A stretch of DNA of 64,000 nucleotides from a virus. Positions within the stretch are counted from its first letter, which is position 1. Each line of letters begins with the position of its first letter. The stretch is from IMG/VR virus record IMGVR_UViG_3300045988_080954; one strand, 5' to 3'. This document shows positions 1 through 8,973 of the stretch, piece by piece. Below the pieces are notes generated by a model. It did no database searches. It saw nothing but the letters and a program-made list of their open reading frames with translations, and was not told the DNA's origin. A program made the translations under genes and the position numbers.

Positions 1-156
1 ATGGATGGGATATACACAACATCCGTTCAGAAATCCACAATTGATGAAAGCCCTATGGCCTACAAACCACCGCAAGAAATTATTGATAATATCAAAGATA
101 CTGTAGAAATAGTTGATATTATCAAACCTATATATAACTTTAAAGCAAGTGAATAA
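1..156 (+). CDS. 3' end of an ORF beginning upstream of the window; product not recognised
   Basis: Frame open from base 1 to TAA 154-156 (...ESPMAYKPPQEIIDNIKDTVEIVDII...). Only 51 codons are visible. Confidence 0.35.
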   Translation: MDGIYTTSVQKSTIDESPMAYKPPQEIIDNIKDTVEIVDIIKPIYNFKASE

Positions 157-175
157 CCAGTCAGAGAGCCACATG

Positions 176-222
176 AGAGCCAGACTAAATCCTAAGAAGA
201 AAGGAGGTCTGGCTCTATTTTT
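176..222 (+). terminator. intrinsic terminator/attenuator abutting the terL start
   Basis: AGAGCCAGAC (176-185) pairs with GTCTGGCTCT (207-216), followed by ATTTTT up to the ATG at 223. The AAGGAGG site (201-207) lies in the loop and 3' arm. Confidence 0.6.
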
Positions 223-1965
223 ATGCAAAAAATTATTGAAGAATCGCCGGAATGGTATGTGATGATTGGAAATAACATCATCAACAGTAATCTAAGCCCG
301 GAAACAAAGTGGAATAAGTTATATTCCCTTGTCTACTTAATGGATGAAAAACATTCTTTCAAAGAATACCCGAATTATCGTGAAAAAGGCATAGGATTAA
401 GCGATATCGGAAAAGAAGCTGCGCTTAATCAGTTGCTTCAAACAGGTTCAAAAGAATTTGAAGACCTCTACTACAAATATCTTCTGTTCGAAGCCCGAAA
501 CTATCAGGTTGACAGCGGTCTACTGTATCTGGAAAAGAACAGAATCTTAAAAGAACGCTTCTATCAGCCAAGAAGAAATGTGTTCTTGAAGCACAATATC
601 ATCGGCTCTTTGCAAGACCTGATGGACGATAAACTCGATATATTTGCATTGAGCGTACCTCCTGGCTGCGGCAAATCAACTCTCGAAGACTTTTTTCTTT
701 CGCTTGTTGGAGGATGGTTTCCGAATGATTTTAACTTGTCATCTGCGCATAGTAGTATTTTGACACGTTCCCTCTATGACGGAGTATTGGAGATTATCAA
801 TGACCCTGTTGAATATACGTGGCATGAGATTTTCCCGAATGTAGAAATACAGGGAACAAATGCAAAAGAAACAACGGTAAACCTTGAAAGAAACGGTCGC
901 TTCAAAACATGGACGTTCAGATCCATTGATGGTTCATTGACAGGAGCTACCCGTTGTAACAGATTTCTTACCGCCGATGACCTTGTATCTGGTATCGAGG
1001 AAGCACTGAATAAAAACCGACTGGATACTTTGTGGACAAAAGTAGTAAATGACTTACGTTCCCGTAGACTTGAAGGGTGCAAAGAATTTTACATAGCCAC
1101 TAGATGGTCAGTTCATGACCCTATAGGCAAATTACAACAACTATACGCAGGAAATCCAAGAGCAAGGTTTATAGCAGTGCCAGCACTGACGGATGACGGA
1201 AAAAGCAATTTTATGTTTTCTGTGAATGGCTTTTCTGAAAAATATTTTAATGACGCGAAAGAGTCCATGGATGAAATTTCTTTTAACTGTTTGTATATGC
1301 AGCAACCGGTAGAACGTGAAGGATTGTTGCTTCCGCCAGATAAGCTAAAAAGATTTTTCTTTGTCAGAGAAGACGTGCCCGATGGATGCACAGATGAATA
1401 TGCAATTATACCAGACAGAGAATCAGACGCGATATGGGCGGTATGCGATACAAAAGACAAAGGAACTGACTTTGAATCATTACCTATTGCGTATCAGTAT
1501 GGAGATAAATTTTTCATTGCAGACGTAGTTTTTGACGATAACACAGATTATGGCATTCTTGACAAGAAAACAGCGGATATTCTAATTAGGCACAATCCGC
1601 ACAAAATCAGATTTGAGTCAAATAATGTCGGAAACCGTGTTGCTTACAACGTTCAAAAACTTATTAATGGAAAATGCAGAGCTGAGATTGATCCAAAAAT
1701 CACGTTAGCAAACAAGGAGACAAAAATTCTCGTGAACTCTGACTATATAGCAAAACATTTTTATTTTTTACATCCAAGCCAGTATAAACCTAAATCTGAT
1801 TACGGAATGTTTATGGCAAATGTAACCACATATACAACAAGAGCAAAAGTAGCTCATGACGATGGAATTGACAGCTTGGCGATGATGGCAGAATTTGTAC
1901 AAAATCCATTGGCAGGAAAAGCAATGGCAATACGTAACCCGTTCTGGGGAGGGAGGTATGTATGA
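223..1965 (+). CDS. terL: terminase large subunit
   Basis: 580 aa with a Walker-A-like ALSVPPGCGKST motif. Its size and its position just upstream of the portal gene fit. Confidence 0.9.
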   Translation: MQKIIEESPEWYVMIGNNIINSNLSPETKWNKLYSLVYLMDEKHSFKEYPNYREKGIGLSDIGKEAALNQLLQTGSKEFEDLYYKYLLFEARNYQVDSGLLYLEKNRILKERFYQPRRNVFLKHNIIGSLQDLMDDKLDIFALSVPPGCGKSTLEDFFLSLVGGWFPNDFNLSSAHSSILTRSLYDGVLEIINDPVEYTWHEIFPNVEIQGTNAKETTVNLERNGRFKTWTFRSIDGSLTGATRCNRFLTADDLVSGIEEALNKNRLDTLWTKVVNDLRSRRLEGCKEFYIATRWSVHDPIGKLQQLYAGNPRARFIAVPALTDDGKSNFMFSVNGFSEKYFNDAKESMDEISFNCLYMQQPVEREGLLLPPDKLKRFFFVREDVPDGCTDEYAIIPDRESDAIWAVCDTKDKGTDFESLPIAYQYGDKFFIADVVFDDNTDYGILDKKTADILIRHNPHKIRFESNNVGNRVAYNVQKLINGKCRAEIDPKITLANKETKILVNSDYIAKHFYFLHPSQYKPKSDYGMFMANVTTYTTRAKVAHDDGIDSLAMMAEFVQNPLAGKAMAIRNPFWGGRYV

Positions 1966-2381
1966 ATACAAGAGAATATTTAAACCAAATTCAGCGTTAT
2001 GATAGGGCAATTCATAATAAATATATAGAAATAGAACAGTTAAAAGCTCATGCAACTGGATTAAGTTCCTTTTCGTATGGCGAACGTGTACAAACATCTG
2101 GGAATAAAGACAGAACGGGTGATTTGATTGCGGAAATTGTTGATCTACAAAGGGAAATTCAAGATATCACAGATGAGTACTTAAAGAAAAAAACAGAAGT
2201 CATTAGGACAATTGATTCTGTAAGAAATCCATTACAGTACGATGTCTTATTCAAAAGATATATTGAAGGAAAATCTCTTGATATAATTGCCGATGAAGTT
2301 GGGTATTCGTATCAGCGGACAAAAGAACTTCATTTGTGTGCAATAGAAACGGTAAGAAAAATAAAAGGATTCGAATATTAA
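1962..2381 (+). CDS. sigma-70 region-4-like HTH protein (DUF1492/ArpU-type phage regulator-like)
   Basis: 139 aa with an ATGA overlap with terL. The C-terminus LFKRYIEGKSLDIIADEVGYSYQRTKELHLCAIETVRKI looks like a sigma r4 HTH. Confidence 0.55.
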   Translation: MNTREYLNQIQRYDRAIHNKYIEIEQLKAHATGLSSFSYGERVQTSGNKDRTGDLIAEIVDLQREIQDITDEYLKKKTEVIRTIDSVRNPLQYDVLFKRYIEGKSLDIIADEVGYSYQRTKELHLCAIETVRKIKGFEY

Positions 2382-2424
2382 AACTTCATACTGAATCATA
2401 CTTAGATATTTGATATAATATAAA
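2379..2424 (+). promoter_or_regulatory. conserved intercistronic box, copy A (extended -10 TGATATAAT at 2411-2419)
   Basis: Starts at a TAA stop. CTTCATACTGAATCATAC (2384-2401) and ATATTTGATATA (2406-2417) are identical to copy B at 15729-15762. Confidence 0.5.
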
Positions 2425-2434
2425 ATGTAAAATT

Positions 2435-2463
2435 AAGCACTGGATTTATTCCGGTGCTTTTTT
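2435..2463 (+). terminator. intrinsic terminator between regulator gene and portal
   Basis: GCACTGG (2437-2443) pairs with CCGGTGC (2451-2457) around a 7-nt loop, followed by a T-run at 2458-2463. Confidence 0.7.
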
Positions 2464-2489
2464 CATGCAGAAAAATAGGAGGACAGGCA

Positions 2490-3944
2490 GTGGGGAGAAA
2501 CAAAATTAACTTTGTTGACCTATGCCAAGGCGAGTTTGGCAGAAAAATTGCCTATACTGGCGTAGACCAGATTACTCCCCAGAACGTGGCACAGGTCCTT
2601 TCTGATACAATCGGAATCCATAACAGGAATAGAACCCTGATGGATTATCTTTACAGATATTACAAAGGCGATCAGCCAATTTTATATCGTGAAAAACTTG
2701 TTCGCCCAGAGGTCAACAATAAAGTTGTTGAGAATCATGCCCTTGAAACAGTCAAATTTAAGGCAGGACAGATATACGGAGAACCTATTCAGTATGTCTG
2801 CAAGAAGAAAAAAGCGAGTGAAAAAACAAACGAACAAGTTGACCGGCTTAATGATTATCTGGACGAAGCCAATGCAGACGCCAGAAATATTCAACTTGGG
2901 ATATACCAGAGTGCAGTAGGAACTGCATATAAAGCAATCCTGAGAGAGGATGAATGGACAAAGGATGGAGACTTACCGCCTTTCAGAATATTTATCCCAT
3001 CACCGCAGGATGTATATATTGTTTATTCAAGCGTTACTGGCAAACCAGTGCTTTCCGTCCAGATTTTAAAAGACGAGGACAATCAGCAGTATTACCAGTG
3101 TTATTCTTCCAGACAGTATTTCAAAATTCAAAATGGAGCGGTAACAGAATCTGGAATCAATGGTTTTGGTGGTATTCCTATCATTGAATATCCGAATAAT
3201 CACGACAGACTTTCCGACATCGAAATTGCGATTACAATGTATGATGCAATCAACAAATATCAATCTGACAGACTGAATGGGGTTGAACAGTTCGTACAAG
3301 CTCTGATGAAATTTAAGAACTGTGAGATTGACGAAGCAGAATTTGTAAAAATGATAAAACTCGGTGCTGTATCTGTAAAAGATGTCGGGAATGGAACACA
3401 ATCAGACGTTGACTTAATGACTGCTGAACTAAATCAGTCAGAAAGCCAGGTTGCAAAAGACGATATTTACAACAATATGCTGATTGTAGAAGCAATGCCG
3501 AATCGACAGGGCAATACGGGTGGAGACACAGGAAATGCAGTGTATCTGAGGAATGGTTGGGATTTTGCAGAACGAGACGCAAAATTGGTAGAAGCATTTA
3601 CGAAAGAAGCTGAAAAAGCATCTGCCAGAATTATTTTGAATATCATCCGAAAAACTTCAATGGATGTAAATATTTCAACTAGAGATTTTGATGTAAAAAT
3701 CACCAGAAACCCGACAGATAACATGCTTGTTAAAGCGCAGGCACTGGATTATCTGTTCAAAAATAAAATTCATCCGCTTATTGCGCTGATTACTTGCGGA
3801 TTATTTAGTGATCCGCAAAAAGCATACGAAATGAGCTTGCCATATCTCGGAACCATTTATCCGGAATTGGCAGACCCAGACTCAGAGCTGCAAAAAGCAC
3901 AAAATTTGCTGAATGGCTTTAACAAGGATGTGATTTCAGAATGA
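2490..3944 (+). CDS. portal protein (SPP1 gp6-like)
   Basis: About 484 aa from GTG 2490, with AGGAGG at 2477-2482 and a 7-nt spacer. The 2454 start in the ORF track would lie inside the terminator hairpin. Position after terL fits. Confidence 0.85.
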   Translation: MGRNKINFVDLCQGEFGRKIAYTGVDQITPQNVAQVLSDTIGIHNRNRTLMDYLYRYYKGDQPILYREKLVRPEVNNKVVENHALETVKFKAGQIYGEPIQYVCKKKKASEKTNEQVDRLNDYLDEANADARNIQLGIYQSAVGTAYKAILREDEWTKDGDLPPFRIFIPSPQDVYIVYSSVTGKPVLSVQILKDEDNQQYYQCYSSRQYFKIQNGAVTESGINGFGGIPIIEYPNNHDRLSDIEIAITMYDAINKYQSDRLNGVEQFVQALMKFKNCEIDEAEFVKMIKLGAVSVKDVGNGTQSDVDLMTAELNQSESQVAKDDIYNNMLIVEAMPNRQGNTGGDTGNAVYLRNGWDFAERDAKLVEAFTKEAEKASARIILNIIRKTSMDVNISTRDFDVKITRNPTDNMLVKAQALDYLFKNKIHPLIALITCGLFSDPQKAYEMSLPYLGTIYPELADPDSELQKAQNLLNGFNKDVISE

Positions 3945-4594
3945 GTGTTTCATCATACGATGAATTAAATATCAGACCCCACAATCGCAGAAGTAAACCG
4001 TATAAAGAATATTTCAGCAAAATGTCAATATCAGACAAAGAAAAGCAAGAAAGGATAGCTTTTTCCGAACAAATGGAAGAAGTTGTCCTTTATATTTTAG
4101 CACTGATAGAAACAACCATAGAAAGTGGAGAATCAGATCAAGAATACATTCAGACTCAATTTTATGACAAATATCTGGATGTAATTGCTTCGTATATGCT
4201 TATAGACACATATATCAAGCAATATGTTCTTGACGTGACAAAACAAATTATTGATGCAACATTTGAAAAATTTTCTTCCGAAGATAAAAACATTACTGAT
4301 GATTATTACTTGTCAAATGACCGGGCAATGTTTATTTCAGAATGCGAAGCTAATTCGATACTGAATTACAGACAGTATTCAAAAGCTGTGAAAGCAGGAA
4401 AGACAAAGAAGAAATGGATTGACGTAGGAGACAAAAGGGAACGAAAGACCCACCTTGAAGTTGGAGGAACCACGCTTCCGATTGGTGAACCGTTCTCGGT
4501 TGGAGATAGCTTACTACAATTTCCAAAAGACACCTCGCTAGGAGCTTCGGCAGACGAGATTGTGAACTGTCGGTGCTCAATTCAATACAGTTAA
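3941..4594 (+). CDS. head morphogenesis / minor head protein (Mu F / SPP1 gp7-like)
   Basis: 217 aa with an ATGA overlap with the portal gene. The C-terminal ...ADEIVNCRCS... is typical of that family. Confidence 0.7.
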   Translation: MSVSSYDELNIRPHNRRSKPYKEYFSKMSISDKEKQERIAFSEQMEEVVLYILALIETTIESGESDQEYIQTQFYDKYLDVIASYMLIDTYIKQYVLDVTKQIIDATFEKFSSEDKNITDDYYLSNDRAMFISECEANSILNYRQYSKAVKAGKTKKKWIDVGDKRERKTHLEVGGTTLPIGEPFSVGDSLLQFPKDTSLGASADEIVNCRCSIQYS

Positions 4595-4598
4595 TTTA

Positions 4599-4622
4599 GG
4601 GACGAGAAATCGTCTCTTTTTT
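4599..4622 (+). terminator. intrinsic terminator
   Basis: GGGACGA (4599-4605), GAAA tetraloop, TCGTCTC (4610-4616), then six T (4617-4622). Confidence 0.7.
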
Positions 4623-4715
4623 ATTAAAAAATATGCACCCCGATAGCGTAATCATGGGAGACACCTTGAGCTGAGCGAACAGCGTAAAAAAGCGTATTGG
4701 TGACAGGAGATTTCA

Positions 4716-5342
4716 ATGACAAGAGAAGATGTAAAGAAGATCTTTCCAGATGCAACCGATGAGCAGATTACCTCATTTCTGAATCAATCTAATTCTGATG
4801 TGGCTAAGGAAAAAGCCAAAAATCAGAAATTAAAAGAAGATGCAGAAAAAGCAAAAGCGTTGGAAACAGAACTGGAAGAACTGAAAAAGCAGAACATGAG
4901 TGAAGCTGAAAGAACAGAATTGGAGCATCAGAAAGAAAAAGCAACAAATGAAAAAAGAATTTCTGATCTCGAATCTGCACTTAAAGCAGCTCAGAAAGAC
5001 GCTCTGACAGGTAAAATCACTTCTATTTTTGCGAGTGCAGGAATGAAAGGAGACGCCTACGCAGGAGCAATCAAAGCATTTTCAAATATGGATGCTGAAG
5101 ATGCACTCAAAGAAGCGCAGACTTTTGTTGATGGAATTTCCGAAGTAAATAAATCAACGCTTGATACCGCAAAAGCTGCATGGGAAAAAGAAGCCCTTGA
5201 AAACACACCTAATCCGGGCGGCGGTAAATCTAGTGGAGGACCAGAAAAGAAAAGTGAAGCATCTGAATATGCAAAAGCGTACTCAGCAAAAATGTGTCCA
5301 GAAAATAAACCGGCAGACGATAATGCCCCAGTAAATATTTAA
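4716..5342 (+). CDS. scaffolding protein
   Basis: 208 aa, highly charged coiled coil (KAKNQKLKEDAEKAKALETELEELKKQN). It sits between the Mu-F-like and capsid genes. Confidence 0.6.
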   Translation: MTREDVKKIFPDATDEQITSFLNQSNSDVAKEKAKNQKLKEDAEKAKALETELEELKKQNMSEAERTELEHQKEKATNEKRISDLESALKAAQKDALTGKITSIFASAGMKGDAYAGAIKAFSNMDAEDALKEAQTFVDGISEVNKSTLDTAKAAWEKEALENTPNPGGGKSSGGPEKKSEASEYAKAYSAKMCPENKPADDNAPVNI

Positions 5343-5360
5343 GAAAAGGAGATTTAGATT

Positions 5361-5705
5361 ATGGCTTTTATGAAAACAGAGCAATACGAATCCACACCTA
5401 ATATCCTCGAATCTGAGGTAGGACTGGTACTTAAAACCTATACAGCAGAACAGACAAATGCTGAAACCGTTGGAACTAAAAAGATTATCAAGGCAGGTTC
5501 TGTATATCCGACAAACGCAACTGGTGCTAAAGGTATCGTGTTTGAAGATGTTGATATGACGGACGACACAAAACGACCGATTTCCGTAATTGTTGCAGGC
5601 CGTGTTCTTGAAAAAAGACTTCCGGTAACAGTAGAAACCACTGCGAAAACAGAGCTTGAAAAAGCAGGTATCGTTTTTGTAACCACTACAGACCCAGAAT
5701 TTTAA
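5361..5705 (+). CDS. small head-module protein (decoration/head-fibre-like?)
   Basis: 114 aa with an AAGGAG site upstream. The position between scaffold and capsid genes is the only functional evidence. Confidence 0.4.
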   Translation: MAFMKTEQYESTPNILESEVGLVLKTYTAEQTNAETVGTKKIIKAGSVYPTNATGAKGIVFEDVDMTDDTKRPISVIVAGRVLEKRLPVTVETTAKTELEKAGIVFVTTTDPEF

Positions 5706-5717
5706 GGAGGTAATCAG

Positions 5718-6752
5718 ATGCCATTTAATATTTTAGAATCAATCACACAGGAAGAAAGACTTAACTTTTCTCAGGATTTCAGCGTAAAAAGACCGGGCAT
5801 TCTTGACACCATCTTCCCGGATATCAAAACCCAGTTCCTGAAAGCTGAATACTACAGACTTATGGCTGGACAGAGACTGCCAGAGGTAGCATTCGTTCAC
5901 GCTCTTGATACCGAAGCAGAAATTGGCTCCAGACCGGGATTCGAAAAAGTCCTGACTGAAAAGCTTTTTATCAAGAGAAAAATCAATCAGTCTGAGAGAT
6001 TACAGCAGGCAATTGAAAATGGTGTGCCGGATGATGAGAATTTAAAGAAGTTCGTATTTGATGATGCGGCAAACCTGTTTGAAGGCGTTGTTGCCAGAGC
6101 AAATGTTATGAAAGGGCAATTCCTCTCTACTGGCGCAGTAAAAGTCAAAGAGAACAACGTGGATATGAGCATTGATTACGGCGTTCCGTCCAGCGCAAAG
6201 GTAGAAATGACAGACTGGTCTAAACCGGATGCAGATATCATGGGCGATATCCAGAAGATGGTTGCTATCGCAGAGGATAATGGATTTGTGGTAAACAAAG
6301 CCCTGACATCACTTAAAATGATTAATTATATGAGAAACAACACTGCAATGCAGACCGCAGTTTTAGGAGCAGCTAACAAACGTCTTCTGACCAAACAGGA
6401 ACTCGCTAATCTGCTTATGCAAGAATACGGAATCACAATTGATCGTTGCGACGAGAAATTCAAATTCAGAAAAGCAGATGGTTCACTCAAAACAGGAAGA
6501 TACTTCAAAGAGGATGTATTCACTCTGTATGAAGCAGAACCGAACGGTTCATTTGGTACTGGACTCTGGGGCGTAACACCGGAGGAACTTGAATATAGAC
6601 AGTTCATTCAGGAAGAAAATCGCTCCTTCGTAACTCTGTCCATGTGGGCTACACAAGACCCAGTTGCAGTTTGGACTAAAGCATCAGGCATGTTTGTTCC
6701 AGTAGCAGCAAAAGCTAATGGTGGTATCGTAATCGGTACAAAGGGGGAATAA
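5718..6752 (+). CDS. major capsid protein
   Basis: 344 aa with a GGAGG site upstream, in the canonical position. The N-terminus ...FPDIKTQFLKAEYYRL... resembles the capsid protein E-type family. Confidence 0.8.
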   Translation: MPFNILESITQEERLNFSQDFSVKRPGILDTIFPDIKTQFLKAEYYRLMAGQRLPEVAFVHALDTEAEIGSRPGFEKVLTEKLFIKRKINQSERLQQAIENGVPDDENLKKFVFDDAANLFEGVVARANVMKGQFLSTGAVKVKENNVDMSIDYGVPSSAKVEMTDWSKPDADIMGDIQKMVAIAEDNGFVVNKALTSLKMINYMRNNTAMQTAVLGAANKRLLTKQELANLLMQEYGITIDRCDEKFKFRKADGSLKTGRYFKEDVFTLYEAEPNGSFGTGLWGVTPEELEYRQFIQEENRSFVTLSMWATQDPVAVWTKASGMFVPVAAKANGGIVIGTKGE

Positions 6753-6832
6753 ACGGGCATAGTCTTGATGAGAACAGCCAGTCACCATCTGTAGCAAGTA
6801 AACACAAGTATACAGAAAGCGAGCTGTCAAGC

Positions 6833-6937
6833 ATGACAGTGGTTCAGCTGAAACAACTCGCAAGTGACAATGGCTATGCCCTGATATCTACAAACAAGGC
6901 TGGTATTATCTCGGAAATTTTATCTCAGCAAGGGTAG
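6833..6937 (+). CDS. Rho-N/HeH-like small protein, or the C-terminal extension of the capsid protein via a -1 frameshift at 6740-6746
   Basis: MTVVQLKQLASDNGYALISTNKAGIISEILSQQG matches the helix-extended-helix pattern of Rho N-terminal domain proteins. The frame is open back to 6719 with no canonical start before 6833. Confidence 0.45.
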   Translation: MTVVQLKQLASDNGYALISTNKAGIISEILSQQG

Positions 6938-6947
6938 GTGATCTTAA

Positions 6948-7274
6948 ATGAACGAACAGCTTGTAAATGACCTGAAAGAATATCTAGCCGATGATGCGGA
7001 AACTGACGGTATGATTTCTTTGTCTGTAAAACGCGCAATTCGTTCATTCAAAAAGAAGCGCAACTATCCGTCTGGATATACAGAGGAAAAAATCAATACC
7101 GATATGGAATATTGCTATGATTGCATATTTGATCTGGCTCTCTATTTCCTTGTGAAACAGGGAGCCGAGTTCCAAGAATCACATTCTGAAAATTCAGTAA
7201 GTCGAAACTGGGAATCAGAAACGGAAATATATATCAATCATGGCGTTTTTCCATTTGCAGGAAGTTTAATTTAA
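6948..7274 (+). CDS. head-tail connector (gp6-like DNA-packaging/connector protein)
   Basis: 108 aa with N-terminal LVNDLKEYLADDAETDGMISLSVKRAI, as in gp6-like connector families. It follows the capsid gene. Confidence 0.6.
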   Translation: MNEQLVNDLKEYLADDAETDGMISLSVKRAIRSFKKKRNYPSGYTEEKINTDMEYCYDCIFDLALYFLVKQGAEFQESHSENSVSRNWESETEIYINHGVFPFAGSLI

Positions 7275-7386
7275 TAAGATGGTTGGGTCACGTGGCACAG
7301 TATTTTTGTCCTCCCGGAGTGCCGCTGGGTTGCTTATATTCAGTAGGGAAAAGCAAATGTTAAGGGAGTGAAGAAAGGAACTGGCG

Positions 7387-7698
7387 ATGGGATGTGAACA
7401 TGAATGTTTTAATGAACACCGCATAGAAGAATTAGAGAATAGTCTTCGACAGATGCAAGAGAGACAATCCGACCGCCACAAAGAGTTTTATGAGCGTATC
7501 GGGGAACTGGAAAGAAAGACAGCATTAAGTGAGAATGACTTGAACCATATCAAGTCAACTGTGGATGAGATGAATAACAATATAAAGACTCTCATGGCAG
7601 TCCCGGGAAAGCGTTACGATACAATCATTGTATGTGTTATTACATCTATTGTCAGCGCAGTTATCGGTTTTATGTTAAGCGGTATTCTTCCAGTTTGA
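7387..7698 (+). CDS. XhlA-like membrane protein (PBSX lysis-cassette family)
   Basis: 103 aa: a coiled coil, then ...MAVPGKRYDTIIVCVITSIVSAVIGFML. The PGKR(W/Y)D motif plus a C-terminal TM helix match XhlA as I recall it. Confidence 0.65.
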   Translation: MGCEHECFNEHRIEELENSLRQMQERQSDRHKEFYERIGELERKTALSENDLNHIKSTVDEMNNNIKTLMAVPGKRYDTIIVCVITSIVSAVIGFMLSGILPV

Positions 7699-7727
7699 TT
7701 CCACTTGTAAGGGAGGACGGTGGAAAT

Positions 7728-7982
7728 ATGAATTATACAGACTTTTCAGAAGATGAAAGAAAATTTTATTTAAAAGAAGCAGGCTTCGATTCCAGAGAAG
7801 AAAAACTGTTTCGATTACGGGCCTATGGCGAAAAGACACTATGGGAAGCATCTGAACTTATGGGGTATAGTCCAAGAACCATAGACCGAATTAATAAAAG
7901 AATAAAGAAGAAAATTTCTAAAGTTGCCCCGATGTACTGTCGGGGCTTTTCTTTGTATTGTGGCGAAAACGTGGCGAAATAG
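7728..7982 (+). CDS. small HTH protein (sigma region-4 / LuxR-like)
   Basis: 84 aa from ATG 7728 with GGAGG upstream. Contains ...TLWEASELMGYSPRTIDRINKRIKKKI. The last 19 codons overlap a terminator hairpin. Confidence 0.5.
   Translation: MNYTDFSEDERKFYLKEAGFDSREEKLFRLRAYGEKTLWEASELMGYSPRTIDRINKRIKKKISKVAPMYCRGFSLYCGENVAK
7926..7954 (+). terminator. intrinsic terminator
   Basis: GCCCCGA (7926-7932) pairs with TCGGGGC (7940-7946), then TTTTCTTT. Confidence 0.6.
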
Positions 7983-8137
7983 TGACGTTCAAAAACAGAG
8001 TTCCTTCCTATATAATATAATCATAGGAGAAAACACAACGATTATGTTAAGAAACCCTTACGAGGGTATATGGGAAAAGCATCGTTCCATAGATGATATG
8101 GACATGATTCTTGAATCCCGGACAGGAGGAACAGATT

Positions 8138-8635
8138 ATGGCAGGTTATCCGTATTATCCGCAACAGCCAATGATAAACAACCCATACGGACAAATACAG
8201 CCGTATCAGGACAGGCTAGCGCAATTGCAGAATAATTATCAGCAGGCAATGCCTTATGGTCAAATACAGATGCAACAGTTACAGCCGGTTCCACAATCAC
8301 CTATGCTTCAAGGACAGATGGTGGATGGAATTGATACTGTAAAGGCTAAAGATGTGGATATGTCCGGCAATCCTGTTTACTATCCAAAAACAGACGGAAC
8401 TGAAATTTACAGAAAACAGCTTCAATCCGATGGAAGGAGCAGGATTTTTGTTTACCGACTCGTAAATCCAGATGAACAGCAATCTAAGCAAGATGAAAAG
8501 CAGATTGACATTGAAGCAATGTTTAATCAGCTTCGGAATGATGTTTGTTCGGAGATTTCTGAAATAAAGAGTATGTTTCCGACACAGATGTCGGGGACAC
8601 CAGAGTCTAAGCAGAACGGAGGTAGGCAGAGATGA
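8138..8635 (+). CDS. P/Q/Y-rich protein, function unknown
   Basis: 165 aa from ATG 8138 with AGGAGGA at 8124-8130. The N-terminus is MAGYPYYPQQPMINNPYGQIQPYQ...; the C-terminal half looks globular. Confidence 0.5.
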   Translation: MAGYPYYPQQPMINNPYGQIQPYQDRLAQLQNNYQQAMPYGQIQMQQLQPVPQSPMLQGQMVDGIDTVKAKDVDMSGNPVYYPKTDGTEIYRKQLQSDGRSRIFVYRLVNPDEQQSKQDEKQIDIEAMFNQLRNDVCSEISEIKSMFPTQMSGTPESKQNGGRQR

Positions 8636-8877
8636 CATTCAATCCAAACGCCATAATGAAAAAGCAATTTGAGAAAATGATTTCTCAGAGGTTCGGAAGT
8701 GTTGACAACATGATGAACGATATGAGTAAATTTGCAGGAAATAATCCAACATTGAAGAATGCGTTGGATTTATACAAAAAAGGTGATACGGACCAGTTAC
8801 ATCAAATACAGCAAAATGTATTTAATGAAAAGCACTTATCACCAGATGGAATTATCCAGAAATTCCTTGGATTATAA
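8632..8877 (+). CDS. hypothetical protein
   Basis: 81 aa with an ATGA overlap with the upstream gene and GGAGG upstream. No family recognised. Confidence 0.45.
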   Translation: MTFNPNAIMKKQFEKMISQRFGSVDNMMNDMSKFAGNNPTLKNALDLYKKGDTDQLHQIQQNVFNEKHLSPDGIIQKFLGL

Positions 8878-8973
8878 CACTTCCCCACAATTGGGTGATT
8901 AAAAATCGCTACAATTCGGGACGACAGCCGCGGATGTCTCCTATTGTAAATAAAATTTAAGGAGACTAAAAAC

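Noticed and set aside
2454-2489. Upstream starts given by the ORF track for the portal (2454), tail-tip (23482) and PAPS-reductase-like (46494) genes
   Set aside because: The extensions cross terminator hairpins or lack an SD. Internal starts (GTG 2490, ATG 23530) have AGGAGG sites at correct spacing. 46605 was chosen on homologue N-termini and remains uncertain.
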